Positions 51,551 to 64,000 of a stretch of DNA of 64,000 bases are shown here, in pieces. The first letter of the stretch is position 1, and each line of letters opens with the position of its first letter. The position numbers were made by a program, and so were the translations under genes. Origin of the DNA: Ginglymostoma cirratum (Eukaryota); the NCBI GenBank assembly GCA_024137785.1, contig JAHRHZ010000085.1:9613548-9677547 (forward strand), read 5' to 3'. The notes beneath the pieces are model-generated. The model did no database searches and was not told the DNA's origin. It worked only from the letters and a program-made list of their open reading frames with translations.

Positions 51551-53479
51551 ATTTCCGAAAGGCAAATTATGATTTGCCTAAAGAATGGACAATCCTGATG
51601 AGGACCATACCGGTGTTGTGATACATGTGGACTTGCAAAACAATTTAATCGAGACTGACGAGGAAGGGCAGATAGCAATCCTACTGCGTGTAGAATCAAA
51701 TCAAAATTGCTGTACATGTAGCAATGATATAAATCAGAGAAAAGTGCGAGCAGACAACATCAAATTAAAGGAACAGTTTTACATTGAGTTCTCGAGTGGA
51801 GGGACCGGAGGTATTTGTGCACGGATTGGTGAAGGTGACAGTGTAGGTAGAGCAAATGATGAATAATTGTTCCTTAGTCCTTGGCCTTTATAAGTATAGT
51901 CATATTGCACAAAGGCAAGGGAATTCTGGTGCAGATTCACCAAACACGGCTGTATCGCGTACCTTTCTGGCCTTTGCACGTCAGGAACGGTTTGAATGCA
52001 TTTCAAAATAGAGCTGAAACAATATGTAAGAATGATACGAAGCATTCAATTTTATACATTTTGGAGGAAGATTGTAATTCCGACATCATGTTGCATTCAA
52101 AAGATAAATTTATAAGTGCGTTCATTGTCATTAAAAAAGTGGCAACCAACATACCTTACTAACATTTGCAAAGGGAAATCCGCCAAAAAAACAGGTAATC
52201 TGCGATTGTGTTGATTGAAGCATAAATATTGGCAAGAACGCCACCAGATTGGATATTTAATATCCAGATTCCAACTTCAATTCCAGCCTTGGGTGATAGT
52301 GTAGAGTTTGCACCTTCTCCCCGTGTCTGCGGGTGCTCCGATTTCTTCCCATCGTATAAGACGTGCATGCTAAGTGGATTGGCAATGCTAAATTGCCCAT
52401 AGTGTCCAAGGTTGTGCAGGCGAGGTGGGTTAGCCAGGGGATATGCAGAGGGTCGGTGAGACTTGGTGGGCCGAATGACCTGTTTCCACGCTTTAGGGAT
52501 TTTGTGATCCATGATCCATTCCAGCATGCAGAATGGCTTCCGTTTAATGTCACATTGGAAAGCCAGCACCTCTGCCACTGCAGTGCATCACATTACTGTC
52601 TGTCTTGGTTTGTGCTTTCATTCCTAGAATATTACTTGCACCTAGAAAATTCCAGCGCAGGAAGGAAATTCCAACTCGTGGAGAGATGGCTGACAAAAAA
52701 AACCAGCGTGTTTCCATGAATGCAGGAGGAAGTTTAGTGGAGAAACTCAGGCTATTTCCATTTAAGAAGAAGTTGAGATGAGATTTGATGCGCCTGTTCA
52801 TATCATGAGAGTCCTGAAGAAAATCAATAATGATCTATTGATCCCATTGGCGCAAGTTCCAACAACCCGAACCTCCGATTATGGTAAAAGTCAAAACAAA
52901 TGACAAGTGCCCAAAAATACGATTAAGATCTGAATTCACTGAGTAGGAGAGGAATGGAAACAGATCTACTCGTGTTTAGAATCAGTATGGACATTAGCAA
53001 TGTTAGTTAACTCTGCATTTGAAAATCAAATGCCTTTGCCGAATGTTCGCTTCCCGTGATACATGAGATTTCAGGAATGAAATAAACATAGAAACTGCAA
53101 AGTATCGTTGAACATATGAGGCTCCAATGACCAAATGTTCTCACAGAATGTTAAACGTCATCGGGATGTATCTCGTAGAACACAATTAGGAAACGAATCT
53201 TAGCAGTTACCAACTCGGAGTAACAGTACAGAGTCGTCAGTTGAATCCATTGCTCAGGATGTCAGCGAGGATCAATTTTCGCTGTCTGATTCTACTTGAA
53301 GTTATTCTTACAGGTACTTGCTTATTTAATTGACAGAACTGTTTTAGTTAATGAAAAGCTTCCGAAGCCATTCGTCATTCATTTAAAGAATCTTATTTCC
53401 TCTATCTGGTGAATTATTTAACTCTTCTATCTGTATGCTGTATATGACAGTTACCTGCGCTGTACTACGTTTCTAATAG

Positions 53480-53794
53480 CTGCAGACTGCACTTCGTTCA
53501 GTGTTACTCAAACGCCTAAAGAAGTAACTGTGAACAGACGGACGGACATTACTTTCTACTGCAAATTCACCATCTCTCCGCACAGTTCAAAGCCAGAAGT
53601 AATTTGGTGGAAGCAGATTGGAAATGAACATTTTCAGACGAGTGTAAGAAAACGATTTGGTTTTGGAAATGAAACGTCAGCTTTCTGTAACATTCTGAGC
53701 GTTACTGTGCAGGATTCTGGAGTTTATTACTGTGCAGTGATTTATCAAGGAATAGGTCAAATAAATGGAACCGGATCCCATTTATTTGCGCGCG
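53480..53794 (+). CDS. A4 V(J) exon, open reading frame
   Basis: ORF 53530..53802; 12 nt differences out of 315 from the A1 V exon; intact splice sites. Confidence 0.9.
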
Positions 53795-54825
53795 GTAAGT
53801 GAGAGTGTGATAATGCCGGAAATATTTCGAAATAACAAGACATTTTCCGATCGCTCATTTCAACAACATTGACGGTATTATCGTGGTTACTGGTCATTTG
53901 TGCAGTAGCCTACACAAGATATTTTTGCCCTCTGGAATGGTTGGCAATTAGATAATGAATATCACAGGGAGAAAACTGCAACATTTATAAATATTAGCCG
54001 TTTAGACTATAATTCCAAACACAACGTGTACACGAGGTGTATATTTCCGGTGGGTCGAATTTCCAATGCATATACCCGACGATAACCCGCTAATGTCAAT
54101 GCTTTTCCACTATGATTCTTAGTCTGCGTTGTATTCTTGTTGTCTTGACTACCCTCAATTGCTGTTTCTGGGGTTTGAGCGTCCAGAATTATATCTCACA
54201 TAATTGTTTCGTCATGGTTTGAAAAATCAGTGTGGAATTACTTCCTGATGAGCAGGATCAATCCAAATGAATTTCAATTTTGAAGCATAGCATGGATTAG
54301 AACCAGGGACCTCCAATAGATGTTTAAAACAAGACAAAGAATCTGTAGCTCTTGAAGTTCAATTTATTTAATACATTTCTTCATTAGTAATGCTTTGGTT
54401 TTGAAACTTGGCGAATGCAATGATCTTCATTTGAACAACAATCAGCAGCTTTATCGTCATTATACACTTGAGCTTAAAACACAAGAGCCGACAAAAATTA
54501 TTTCCTTTGTCCTTTCCCCTGCCATGGCTCAATTTAATTAATTCATTCAAATATACGAGCCACACATTGTTAAGCATTTCGTTGCTTTCTTCTGCTGTGG
54601 AAAATTAAGTATTGGACTTGATACTTCAAACAAAGGTGAAAAAATGCCACAGGTAGGAAAGTTTTATCTTCATTGCCTGGAAGCTTGTACGTAAAATTAG
54701 AAAGACAAGAAGCTGCGGTTTTGAATGCTGCAATATAACAAAGCAGAACGGCTGAAAATCATACTCAAATTTAATATTTTCCGATTTTGTCCAATAATTT
54801 GGCTTTGTTCATTCTCTTCATGCAG

Positions 54826-55145
54826 TTGCCCCACTTCCACTGAAAACTACGTCCAAGTTAGACGAAGAAAATTCACTTGCATCTTTGACCTTTCTGTGTG
54901 AAACATCTGCATTTTATCCGGAGGATTTCACCCTCGCCTGGTATAAAAACGGCGCCGAATCTACAGTCGGAATAAATACTAGTAAGGTGCAGAACAGTAA
55001 GGGACTGTATGAAGTAACCAGTCCTTGTTTGAGTCTCAACCTCCCTCAGACAATGCCAGATATACCTGTTCGGTATCTCACGTCTCTCTCAAGACTCCTG
55101 CTGTCGTCGTCCATAATATTTCCACATTTGCTGGAGTCCAAAAAG
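54826..55145 (+). pseudogene. A4 C1 exon, frameshifted
   Basis: LTFLCETSAFYPEDFTLAWYKNG..GLYEVTS, then out of frame; the second Cys (YTCSVSH) is in another frame; donor gcgagt. Confidence 0.85.
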
Positions 55146-56143
55146 GCGAGTTCGTCACTCTTCAGTATCATGTGCGCATATCATGGAGTTAGTCCGCGGT
55201 ATTTTCGTGCGAAATGCCATAATTTAATGCATTATATTAAGTTGTCATTTGTGTTGCAAAAGCAGCAAAACCTTATTGACAATCGAATATGAAATAGCAA
55301 TTTTGTTCAGAATTGAGCTTTCTGTCCGTTTCTTTCTTCCTATCATTTTGACTTTGTTCACTGTCTTTACTTCCGTGTACACAAAATGTTTCATCCCCGA
55401 CAAGTGTCTATTTTCCCTGTACTGTTGTCAGGAGCAACATTGTTTTGTTTGGTTTCAGCCTGCCTTTTACCACCGCATTCCCCGTTGGTTGTGTCCAGGT
55501 CGGATTTCTAAGACATCCCTTGTCAAATGTAATCTCTCACCCGTCCACGGCACGTTTAGTTGGGATTGAGTTCACATATTTCACAAAGTGTATGTGATAG
55601 CCTGACTTGCCGATGCCGCGTTAGATTTAATGAATTAGCAATTTGCTCACTTTGTCAATCGTTTGTCACAACACAAACAACAATTTATTACACCTAACCA
55701 GTAGATGCCATTTATAATACAATGACTATCATAAATACAGTTCGTTTATCTGCAAGGGGTTCGTGACCAATTGCCCCCATCCAGAATTTGATGTGGCCAG
55801 CAGAGAAAATGTGAAATCATCCCTGTAGATTCAAGGAAACACTGTTAATAAGTAAGAAAGTCCCAAGGAGAATCGACTCATCTTGTATTCCTACCTTTCT
55901 AAAAGTCCTTTGAGATCCACGAACTGAAAATCCATCCCAAAGTTTGATTTAGAACTTTCTATCTGTTGGAAAAGGAAGACTGTTCGATATACAACTGAAA
56001 TAGGCTGTGGCACTTCAACTTTTTCATTGCTCTTCAATCAAGCGGTGCAGCCGAAAACATCATCGTATTTTAAGCAAGAAACTACAGTGACCCTAATTTT
56101 TATTTAACGATCACGCGCAAGTAATATCCTCTTAATCCTGCAG

Positions 56144-56257
56144 AGAGTATCAACAATTCACTCGTCGTCTGGTCTTCAGTTCGTGAAGTGGTTGTTTCGG
56201 CGTTTCTTGTAATACTGGCCATAATTGGAACGCGTAACGCGCTTGAGCGTATCAAAA
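56144..56257 (+). CDS. A4 TM exon with Arg-Glu near the N-terminal edge of the membrane segment
   Basis: Same 114-nt length and splice sites as the A1 TM exon; open frame ESINNSLVVWSSVREVVVSAFLVILAIIGTRNALERIK. Confidence 0.8.
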
Positions 56258-58042
56258 GTAAGCTCTACTCTCAACTCCTGATTTTCTCACAAGGTCAACG
56301 TCGTTTGCCGTTTCTGGAAAACAAGCGGGATGCTGAGAAGGTGGCCTATTGGGGAGAAAGGTTCGTGGGAACTTGAGTGGGCCATTCAGGCCCTTCGAGC
56401 CTGTTCTGCAATTTAAAGAGATGATGGCTGATCCATGGCTTAACTCTATATTCATATTCCTAAATACCTTTGCTTAACAAAAATAAAGCGATCCCAGATA
56501 TAAAATTAAAATTAACATTTATTTGTTGAAAAATCTTCCAAACTTGTGTGTAGATGTGGTTCCTTACAACTTTCCTGAACGGTCTTCGAAAATTTTTAGA
56601 GTATACCCACCAGTTCTAGAATCTCCAGCCAGTGCAAATAGTGCATCTTATCCACACCGTCTTTTCCTATTAGCGTCTTGAAGACTTCAATCAGATCATC
56701 CCTTAGCCTTCTAAATTCGAGAGAAAACAGGCCTAACTTGTCGAATCTCTCCTTTGAATTAAATTCCTAGTGTCCAGTTATCATTCTTGTAATTGTACAA
56801 CGTACTCCCTCCAAGGCAAATGAATATTTCCTGCGGTATGTTGGTCAGATCTGTTCACAGTTGACGTAAATGTTATCAAACATAAGTATTGCTCACGTGT
56901 TCGTTTCGAAAAGCAAATTTCATTTTTCAACATGAGAAATGAAATGCACCCTGACAAACATGAAATAGGTAATTCGATCCTTCTGCCAAGTAATCGTTGC
57001 TCGTTGACAAGCTGGAGGATCAAAATCAGATATCGATCTTACAACCCTTTACCTCTGCTAGCAAAGTAATCAAAGTTGTTCTGCCTCAAAAGAACACTCT
57101 TACCCTTTTTCTATCACTTTGATTTAGAAAAGTGCAGGCTCATTTTCCGCATGGAAACCTAGTCAATATTTCCATCTCTCAATGCAATTATATTTCATTG
57201 GTTTGTAGATAAAGAAGAACACATAAGGCAATCAGAGTGCCACGACAATGTGGTAAGTTCAAACCTTCATCACACTAGGAATTTGAAATGTATGGGCCAA
57301 TTGCAATAATCGAAGAAATATATGCTAATATCGCCAGAACATTCTATGTCTTTTTATTGAAAAAAACTATTCATCCGGTATGTGTATGCGTCAAAACCAG
57401 GTTTGAAGTATAGTTTGTACAATTGTGTTACTGACAAAAGGCGGTGAATGGATCTTCCTGAAAAGAAGACTATTCATATCTTTGAGACTGTTTCTAGGTT
57501 GAGCCATTTTTTTTAGTTTTGAGAACAAATTTACTGTCTAACTTCACTGCCTTTTAACATTAACATGGTGTTCCAGCATGAATATGAGGAAGTTTGAATT
57601 GCTGAATTGAACACCGCGATTAATATTTGTTTTCATGCAAGTATATCTGTAATGTGGATTCTGTAAGGGATGTCGGGCCTTGGTTAAATTTGCTCACTGC
57701 TTTGATGAACAAACTGTTCAAGACAATGAAATGAACGCTTATTGAAGTGTTATAGTTCTTGTCCTCGCAGGAAGCCGCGGCTGACGTCTCAGCAAAGACA
57801 GGAGAACTCCAAGATGTACATTTGAAATAGTTAAAAGCATGTATGCTGAGGTAGGTAGGGGTAAGGGAACACAAAATCAGAATGAAATCGTGATTCTGGT
57901 TGTCAACAATGGCATTTGCTTCTATGGATATCAGCCAAATGATACTTTGAAGTTTTTTTTTCACGTCCTTCTGTTGATTACTTGGCAGAAAGTGTAGAAA
58001 AAGAGACCAGTTGTACAACATTTCCAAGTAGTGTCTTTACAG

Positions 58043-58200
58043 ATCTCACAAGTCGCAATCGGAAATAAGATGACCGTAAGCTACTTTAACGTTCACTGTT
58101 TCTGTGAAGGAGGCACAGATAATGCTTGAGCTGCAGACTGGAAAACAAAGCGAAGTAACAGAAGACATTTATCCACAAGAAAACAATAACAAGCCATTAA
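58043..58200 (+). pseudogene. A4 decayed terminal (ITIM/ITSM) exon, probably now 3' UTR
   Basis: TTTACAG acceptor; homology to 6714-6890 (ELQTGKQSEVTEDIYPQ) with indels disrupting the two upstream Tyr motifs. Confidence 0.7.
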
Positions 58201-61200
58201 AAATCGATGCAGGAGATTATTCTCAGACGTGGGCTGATCATGTTATTTTGCGTTTAGAACTTCAGGCCTGCACAATCTCAACTATGTGCGAATAAAGCAT
58301 TATAGCAATATATCAGATAACCGTTGTGAGTTCCTATCATTTTGATGCTCAGTTAATCCTTATTTAGTTGTTTTTAAGAACTCCAGCAACCTGTATTAAA
58401 AGTCTGTTGGAAGGATACGTTCTTGAAGAAACAGGCTGTCTTTCAGGGCCCCTCGCTTGCTCTCATTGCACGTTTTTAGTCATAGCCACCTGCATGCTGA
58501 CTGCATCCATGTCTTGCCTTGTTTTTTTTCTGCATTATCAGAGCCACACAGTGTTTCTTGCAGGTGAACAGTTCATAGTCAATGAGGTATACAACCTGCT
58601 ATACCAAAGCGATACATGATTTTCGCACCCGCACCATGTGCTAGCAGTTTATGTGCCAAACACACGTCATGCACCACCAACAGGCAGCCATGTCTCAAAG
58701 TCATAGAGGAGGAGACCTATATGACCCCCATGGCGGTACCTAACAATCAAAGTAGCCTGGGACAGCAAAGAACAGCAGTCTCCTATTCTAGTCCAAGCAT
58801 CTGGGAAAGGTCATGTGTTTGGTCAGCGTGGGGTTGGTCAGGAATTTCAGTCCAGGGACTGGATCATGGTCAGTCCAGCGCATTTAGTCCAGGACTAACC
58901 GCAAAGGACAGGTGAGAAAGTAATGACATTGGAGTAGTCCCCAGTCGGTATCATACTACCGTTTAGGTGTGAGAGGTGTGGAGTGAGAGATTTCTATATG
59001 GCCATGTCTGGTATGGTCATCGCTTATGGAAAGGACTAGGGTAGTGAGGTTAGAAATTGGACACATGCAAATTCATGAAGACGGGGTTGCCTGGGGACCT
59101 GTGGAGGTCTAAAGACTATGGAGTCACAAGACAGGCGGTCAGGAAGAGAATGCAGTTGTTCAGAGGTTCACAAACATCCAAATGGAATCTACAAGCTATT
59201 GGCTCAGATCGGCCGTTGACACTCATCACCTGGTGGAATACTAATGTGTACACAGTGAAATAAAATGGCAACAGACAAACCTGAAGGAAATTGGTGTGTT
59301 TATTGGTCAGTGCGGGAAGGGAGAGCAGATCCCACCCATTTGAGACCTTTCAGTTGGAAAACATATTGCATGCAGACTCATGATCTGCAAACCCCCTGAT
59401 TCCAGGCGATAATGATTTGACTATATGTGTATCGATGACTTTGTGCCAACACCTTTGCACTCAGAGGCAAGGGCAAGTATAGTAATGTTTCACCAAGGGA
59501 GATGATGGTGTCAGCAAAACCCTTTAGTAAATCTACAAACTTTTCATTTTCTCTCAATAGTTATTTTTTGTCTTTCTGTCCCTTCCACAACTTATCCGCG
59601 CTGTCCCTTGTAACATAACTGGATGGAGCATGCCTGTTCGGAAATGGATCACAGTGATGATGAAAATTTGGCTTGGGCAATCCTGAAAAAATTTATATCT
59701 GATATCAATGCCGTTTTCACTGTAGTTTTTGTATTTTGATTAGTTTAATAGCACTGTAACAGTCATTGTACAAATCATTTTACATTTTACATTGTAAAAA
59801 TCATTTCATTGAAATGCCAACACAGATGTTACTCATTTTTGAATACCACATCCCTGCTCATAATGCTAACGAAGAAAGAACTTAAACCCAAGTGAGGCAT
59901 TTGCATGTCCCAAAAGTTTTGAAACCATCTGATGATATTTGACACATCCACTCTCTTGTCACATCGTGATGTGTTGCAACAATTTCATCACAACATTTGT
60001 TATAAACAACACGAGGTCATTCTGTCTCAGCTATTCTTCACTGAATTACATTGCCTACTTAAATTTTTAAGTTTCTGCTGCAGGTGTTGATGTGACTATG
60101 CTGCCTCCTTCATGACTGGCAGAGTCTGTGTGAGCATTCAAATAATGATCATATAATTAGCAATACCGTTTGGAGGATAAATAATGGTCAGAGCTCAGAG
60201 GCAATTAAACTGCAATTAGATGCTTCCATGATGGATTTTTAAAAATATTCGTAACATTTTCTAATTTCTCTAATTGCATTTGATTCTCTGAGATCCATCC
60301 AAACTCACATCTATATAAATAACAGCACTTAATTTGGCCTTCACCATGCCGAATATTTTCTCTAGTGTCAACATTCCTCTCGTGTTGAACCATTTTCTAT
60401 GATTTAATTCTTCTGGAATCAATTGTTCCAATACACACCTAGCCGGACTTCCATATTCTTTCTTCTGTAAATTACAGATCAGACAAACATTTACTGTTAG
60501 TCGTTTAGCAAGTATGCTGCCAGCTAAGATACTTTGGCTCCCAATCAAAGGGAGTATAACTTTTACAATTCCCATCCTTGTTAAACAATCCCATGCAATT
60601 GTCTCTCCTCATCTCTCTGATTGTTCTAATACTGGTAACATCCAAAGATAGTGACAGGATCCACGTTACGAACTACATTCCTACATGTCTCTATACTTAA
60701 AGTTGCTTTCATCCTTTAAAGCATGTTTTATAAAGTATCTATTTTACCAAGTGTTTGGCAATGTATCCTTATACACAGTGATTCGTTCATTGCAATGCTT
60801 TATTTTATATTGTTCGCCTGAAGTGTCTTGGGAGGCTTAAACATAGGCTTGTCTTCAGATACTGCTTTCCCTCCACAGCTCTGAAAGCTCAGTTTGGTGT
60901 AATCAATTGCCTAGAGTTGGTCACGAAATAAAGAGCCTCTTCAAAGGGAAACAGATGTGCTACCACTAAGCCACAGTTGAGCACTTATCCTCCTTGTCGG
61001 ATAAAGGAATCGGTTCTTAAGGCGCTTTGGTCAATTCATTGAAATTGCAACAACACAAGTTCGCTCTAAAGTGCATACGTTTAATTTGTTGCCTTTCTTT
61101 TTTACCATTATGAAGGTGTACTCTTATCTTGTCAAAATAACCCATTGAGATAAAGAATCATCTATTATTAAAGCGATGAACTGTAGTGTATATTTGCAGC

Positions 61201-61237
61201 GTAAACTGTGAAAATAGAATGGAAAAAAAAAATCACT

Positions 61238-61430
61238 TGTGCTCCTAAATAACAAGCGTGGGGCTGGATGAACACAGCAGGTCAAATCCTTCTGATGAAG
61301 GGTCTAGGCCCGAAACGTCAAGTTTTCCTGCTCCTATAATGCTGCTTGACCTGCTGTGTTCATCCAGCCCCACGCTTGTTATCTCGGATTCTCCAGCATC
61401 TGCAGTACCTTTTATCTCTGTGCTCCTAAA
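61238..61430 (+). mobile_element. Short Penelope-terminus insertion with hammerhead motif (61292-61319), 37-nt inverted repeat and 12-nt target duplication
   Basis: TGTGCTCCTAAA at 61238-61249 and 61419-61430; IR 61249-61285 / 61346-61382; empty site in the paralogous sequence at ~26230-26250. Confidence 0.8.
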
Positions 61431-64000
61431 CTTCCTTTCTGAATAACCAATCTCACTTTTTTGAATAATCAGTTTAGACACCAGTTTGATGCTGCAAAAA
61501 AGACTATGCAATTTAATAACAACATAACAACTTACATTGAGCGAAATTTAGCAACAAAGTAATCCAATTTGTCGATGCTATAAGCTCCAAAACCTTTGTT
61601 TTCAGCCCTATTCCACACAAAGGGCAAACAGACAAAGAAGCACACCTAAGGAGCAAATACAACCTAGAAGCAAAAGTAGTCAGATTGCTTCGGTGGTTTC
61701 CGTGATGTGTTGTTCTAGGAGCGTAGGTGATGTTTTCTTGCTTGATTTTCTGTAGATGCCGATCAGGGTCAGCTTTTCGTTTCACTCAGTAAAAGGCAGC
61801 AATACTTTAAACTTAAGTTTTGAGCAAGGCTCACTCGACCCGAAATGTTGAGTCTGATTTCTCTCGACAGATGCTGCCATACCTGCGGAACTTTTCGAGC
61901 AATTTCTATTTTGGTCTCATAATTTAAACTTAATTTTCTATTCCCCTAGTGTGCACAATCTGCTCATAAAAGGCAAGGCAGCGAATTAAAAAAAGAACTT
62001 CATGCTGTAGCACCAACAGCTAGATTCCTTTTCATAGAAAAAAGAAACAAAAATCCAGACCCAATTCAAACTCTTGAGTATTCGTTGACTGGCTGACTGA
62101 CTCCTCCATGAGGTTCCCGACTACATTTAATATCTACCATGTATTTGAAATAAGGTCTTTACTTAACTTGTTGGAACCAATCGTCAATTAGTGATCGAGT
62201 TAATAGCCACCTTCTGCTGTCTCTTTAAGCAGAATGTCCTTTTGCAGTGATGTCGCATCTACAAGACTGATCAGGAACCAAAATGCAATCAATGTCTGAC
62301 TTCATGAATGAAGAAAAGCTTGCTTGTTCTGTTTGACCTCCAACGTTAGCTGCAATCCACAGTCCAAAAATTAATATTTAGCTTACATTTCCCAGACTGC
62401 AAACCCAATCCAAAAGCGATCAACAAATAAAGCTAATGATAATGAAAAATCAGTGAAGATTCTAACAGTATATATGCCGGCATTATTGTGCATGTGATTT
62501 CACACAGGACTTATTTTGTTGCACAACTGTGCAGTTGTGAATGTGGCATTTCACTTGTAATGAACAGGGACCATTATATAAATCATAAAAGGTTGGAAAC
62601 AAATACAATATCTCTCCACGTCCACCCGCCTATCAAGATTATTAGAAAGCTCTTTGCTTTTTCCTGAAAAGGAAGCTTGAAAGGAAGCTCTTTGCTTTTT
62701 CCTGAAAAGGAAGCTTGAACAATCCGCATCCAATGCAAACTTCCTTACCTGGCTGACATTCTCACATTGAACAATTCTCCTTTAACTCGTCTCATTTCTC
62801 CAAGTCAAAGGTGCTGTAGTTGGTACCTGCGTAGGTCCAAGTTGTACCTATTCCTTTTCCATATGAAGAACATTCCTTGCTCCAGTCCTACCCAGGGCCT
62901 CTTCTGACAACTCTTTCTCCTGTACATCAATTGCATCATCAGCACTGCTTCATCTGTCAGCTAGAATTGGAAAATTTAATCAAATTTGCTTCCAATTTCC
63001 ATCATTTTCTGACGTTCACTTTGTCCATCTGTGATTCTTTCTTTCACATTTTTGAGCTCTATATTTCCAATTCTTGGAATAGGATAGCCGCCATTGTTCA
63101 GTATGAACCTATTGGTTTCCAGAGTTTGCGTGACTACACTCCTTCGTACACTAGTTTCTCTAAGAATGACATTCCATTCTCTCAGTTTATCCGTCTCCTG
63201 TGCTTTTGGTTCATTGGTTTGGTTTGGTATTGTTTTGTATTTGCATTCTGTCAAATTCCTGTGTAGTGCATTTTAACCCGTGTTTCCTGTGTTAATGCCA
63301 CAATCAACAGGGATTCATCTGACATGTCCTCTGTTTTCGTCAACTCAGGATTTCCTGCCGCCCTGGTTGTTGAGCCTCTCAGCTATGCCTGGTTGGAGAT
63401 ACGTTCTTCCGGATGTAACTAGATTAATACTGCAGCACCAAGATACCTATTCAGCCCAGAGTGTATGTACCAGCTGAATAAACTGGCCAACCATTTTTTA
63501 ATCCCACTTTCCAAAGCCTTGCAGACTTGCAGGTTACAGTGCTTCATGTGCAGAATCAAATTGCTTTTAAATGAACTGAGGTTTTCCACCACTGGAACTG
63601 AGCAGGAAATTCCAGACACATAGCATTAAATTATTTTTCATAATATGCGCTGTCATCCTTCTAACAACCCCTTTAGATCTGTACTGTCTGGTAATTTACC
63701 TCCCTGTTCGGGGAAACAGGTCATTCTTGACCATGTTATTAATACCCCCCATTATTTTGTACATCTTATTTAAATCTGTCCTCAGCTTCCTCTGCTCTAC
63801 TGGAAATAGAGCTAGTCAGTCCAAACTTTTCTCATGAATGCAAACCTTCACATCATTTTAATAAACTTCTCCTATGCTCTCTTCAGAGCAATTATGTTCT
63901 TCCTATCAGAACTGTACACACACCTCCAGCTAAGATAACAAGGCGTAGAGCTGGATGAACACAGCAGGCCATGCAGCATCAGAGGAGCAGGAAGGCTGAA

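Larger units (their letters stand above)
53259..57830 (+). pseudogene. Gene A4: paralog of A1 with intact leader (53259-53313), V (53480-53794), TM (56144-56257) and exon 5 (57209-57252); frameshifted C1 (54826-55145); exon 6 (57771-57850) with 22-nt deletion and stop at 57828-57830. Pseudogene, or activating V-TM receptor if C1 is skipped
   Basis: Exon-by-exon homology to A1. C1 is 320 nt instead of 321 (-1 near 55023-55030) and its donor is GC. TM reads SLVVWSSVREVVVSAFLVILAIIGT. The tail has no Tyr. Confidence 0.75.
50560..58900 (+). repeat. Direct segmental duplicate of ~1-7560 (upstream flank, gene and downstream flank)
   Basis: Collinear homology starting at GTAGCCCCGG(G)CATTTCAA (9 vs 50571); a third copy of the upstream flank lies at ~20880-21797. 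Confidence 0.88.

Noticed and set aside
62645-62718. ~38-nt tandem duplication
   Set aside because: Local slippage inside an old retroelement fragment; two units only, with no spacer structure.

Overview
Eukaryotic, intron-containing, repeat-rich DNA. The repeat types and gene family suggest a cartilaginous fish (shark-like); this is an inference. The window holds a birth-and-death cluster of non-rearranging immunoglobulin-superfamily receptor genes with architecture leader - germline-joined V(J) domain - C1 domain - TM - tail (NKp30/NCR3-like V, SIRP-like overall). Copy A1 (2327-6857, +) is intact: 7 exons, 360 aa, uncharged TM and four ITIM/ITSM-type tyrosine motifs. Copy A4 (53259-57830, +) has a ~96% identical V exon but a ~68% identical TM exon carrying Arg, a tyrosine-free truncated tail and a frameshifted C1 exon. 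It is either the activating half of a paired-receptor system or a pseudogene. Several further broken copies (two inside an inverted block at ~21.8-29.7 kb, one at 31-33 kb, one on the minus strand at 45-50 kb) complete the cluster. Interspersed elements include two young Penelope-like retroelements, many hammerhead-ribozyme-bearing short repeats, a decayed Gmr1-type LTR element, an env/fusion-protein remnant, a solo LTR, CR1-like LINE fragments and SINEs. There are two assembly gaps. All exon models, alignments and counts were made by hand; no database search was run.
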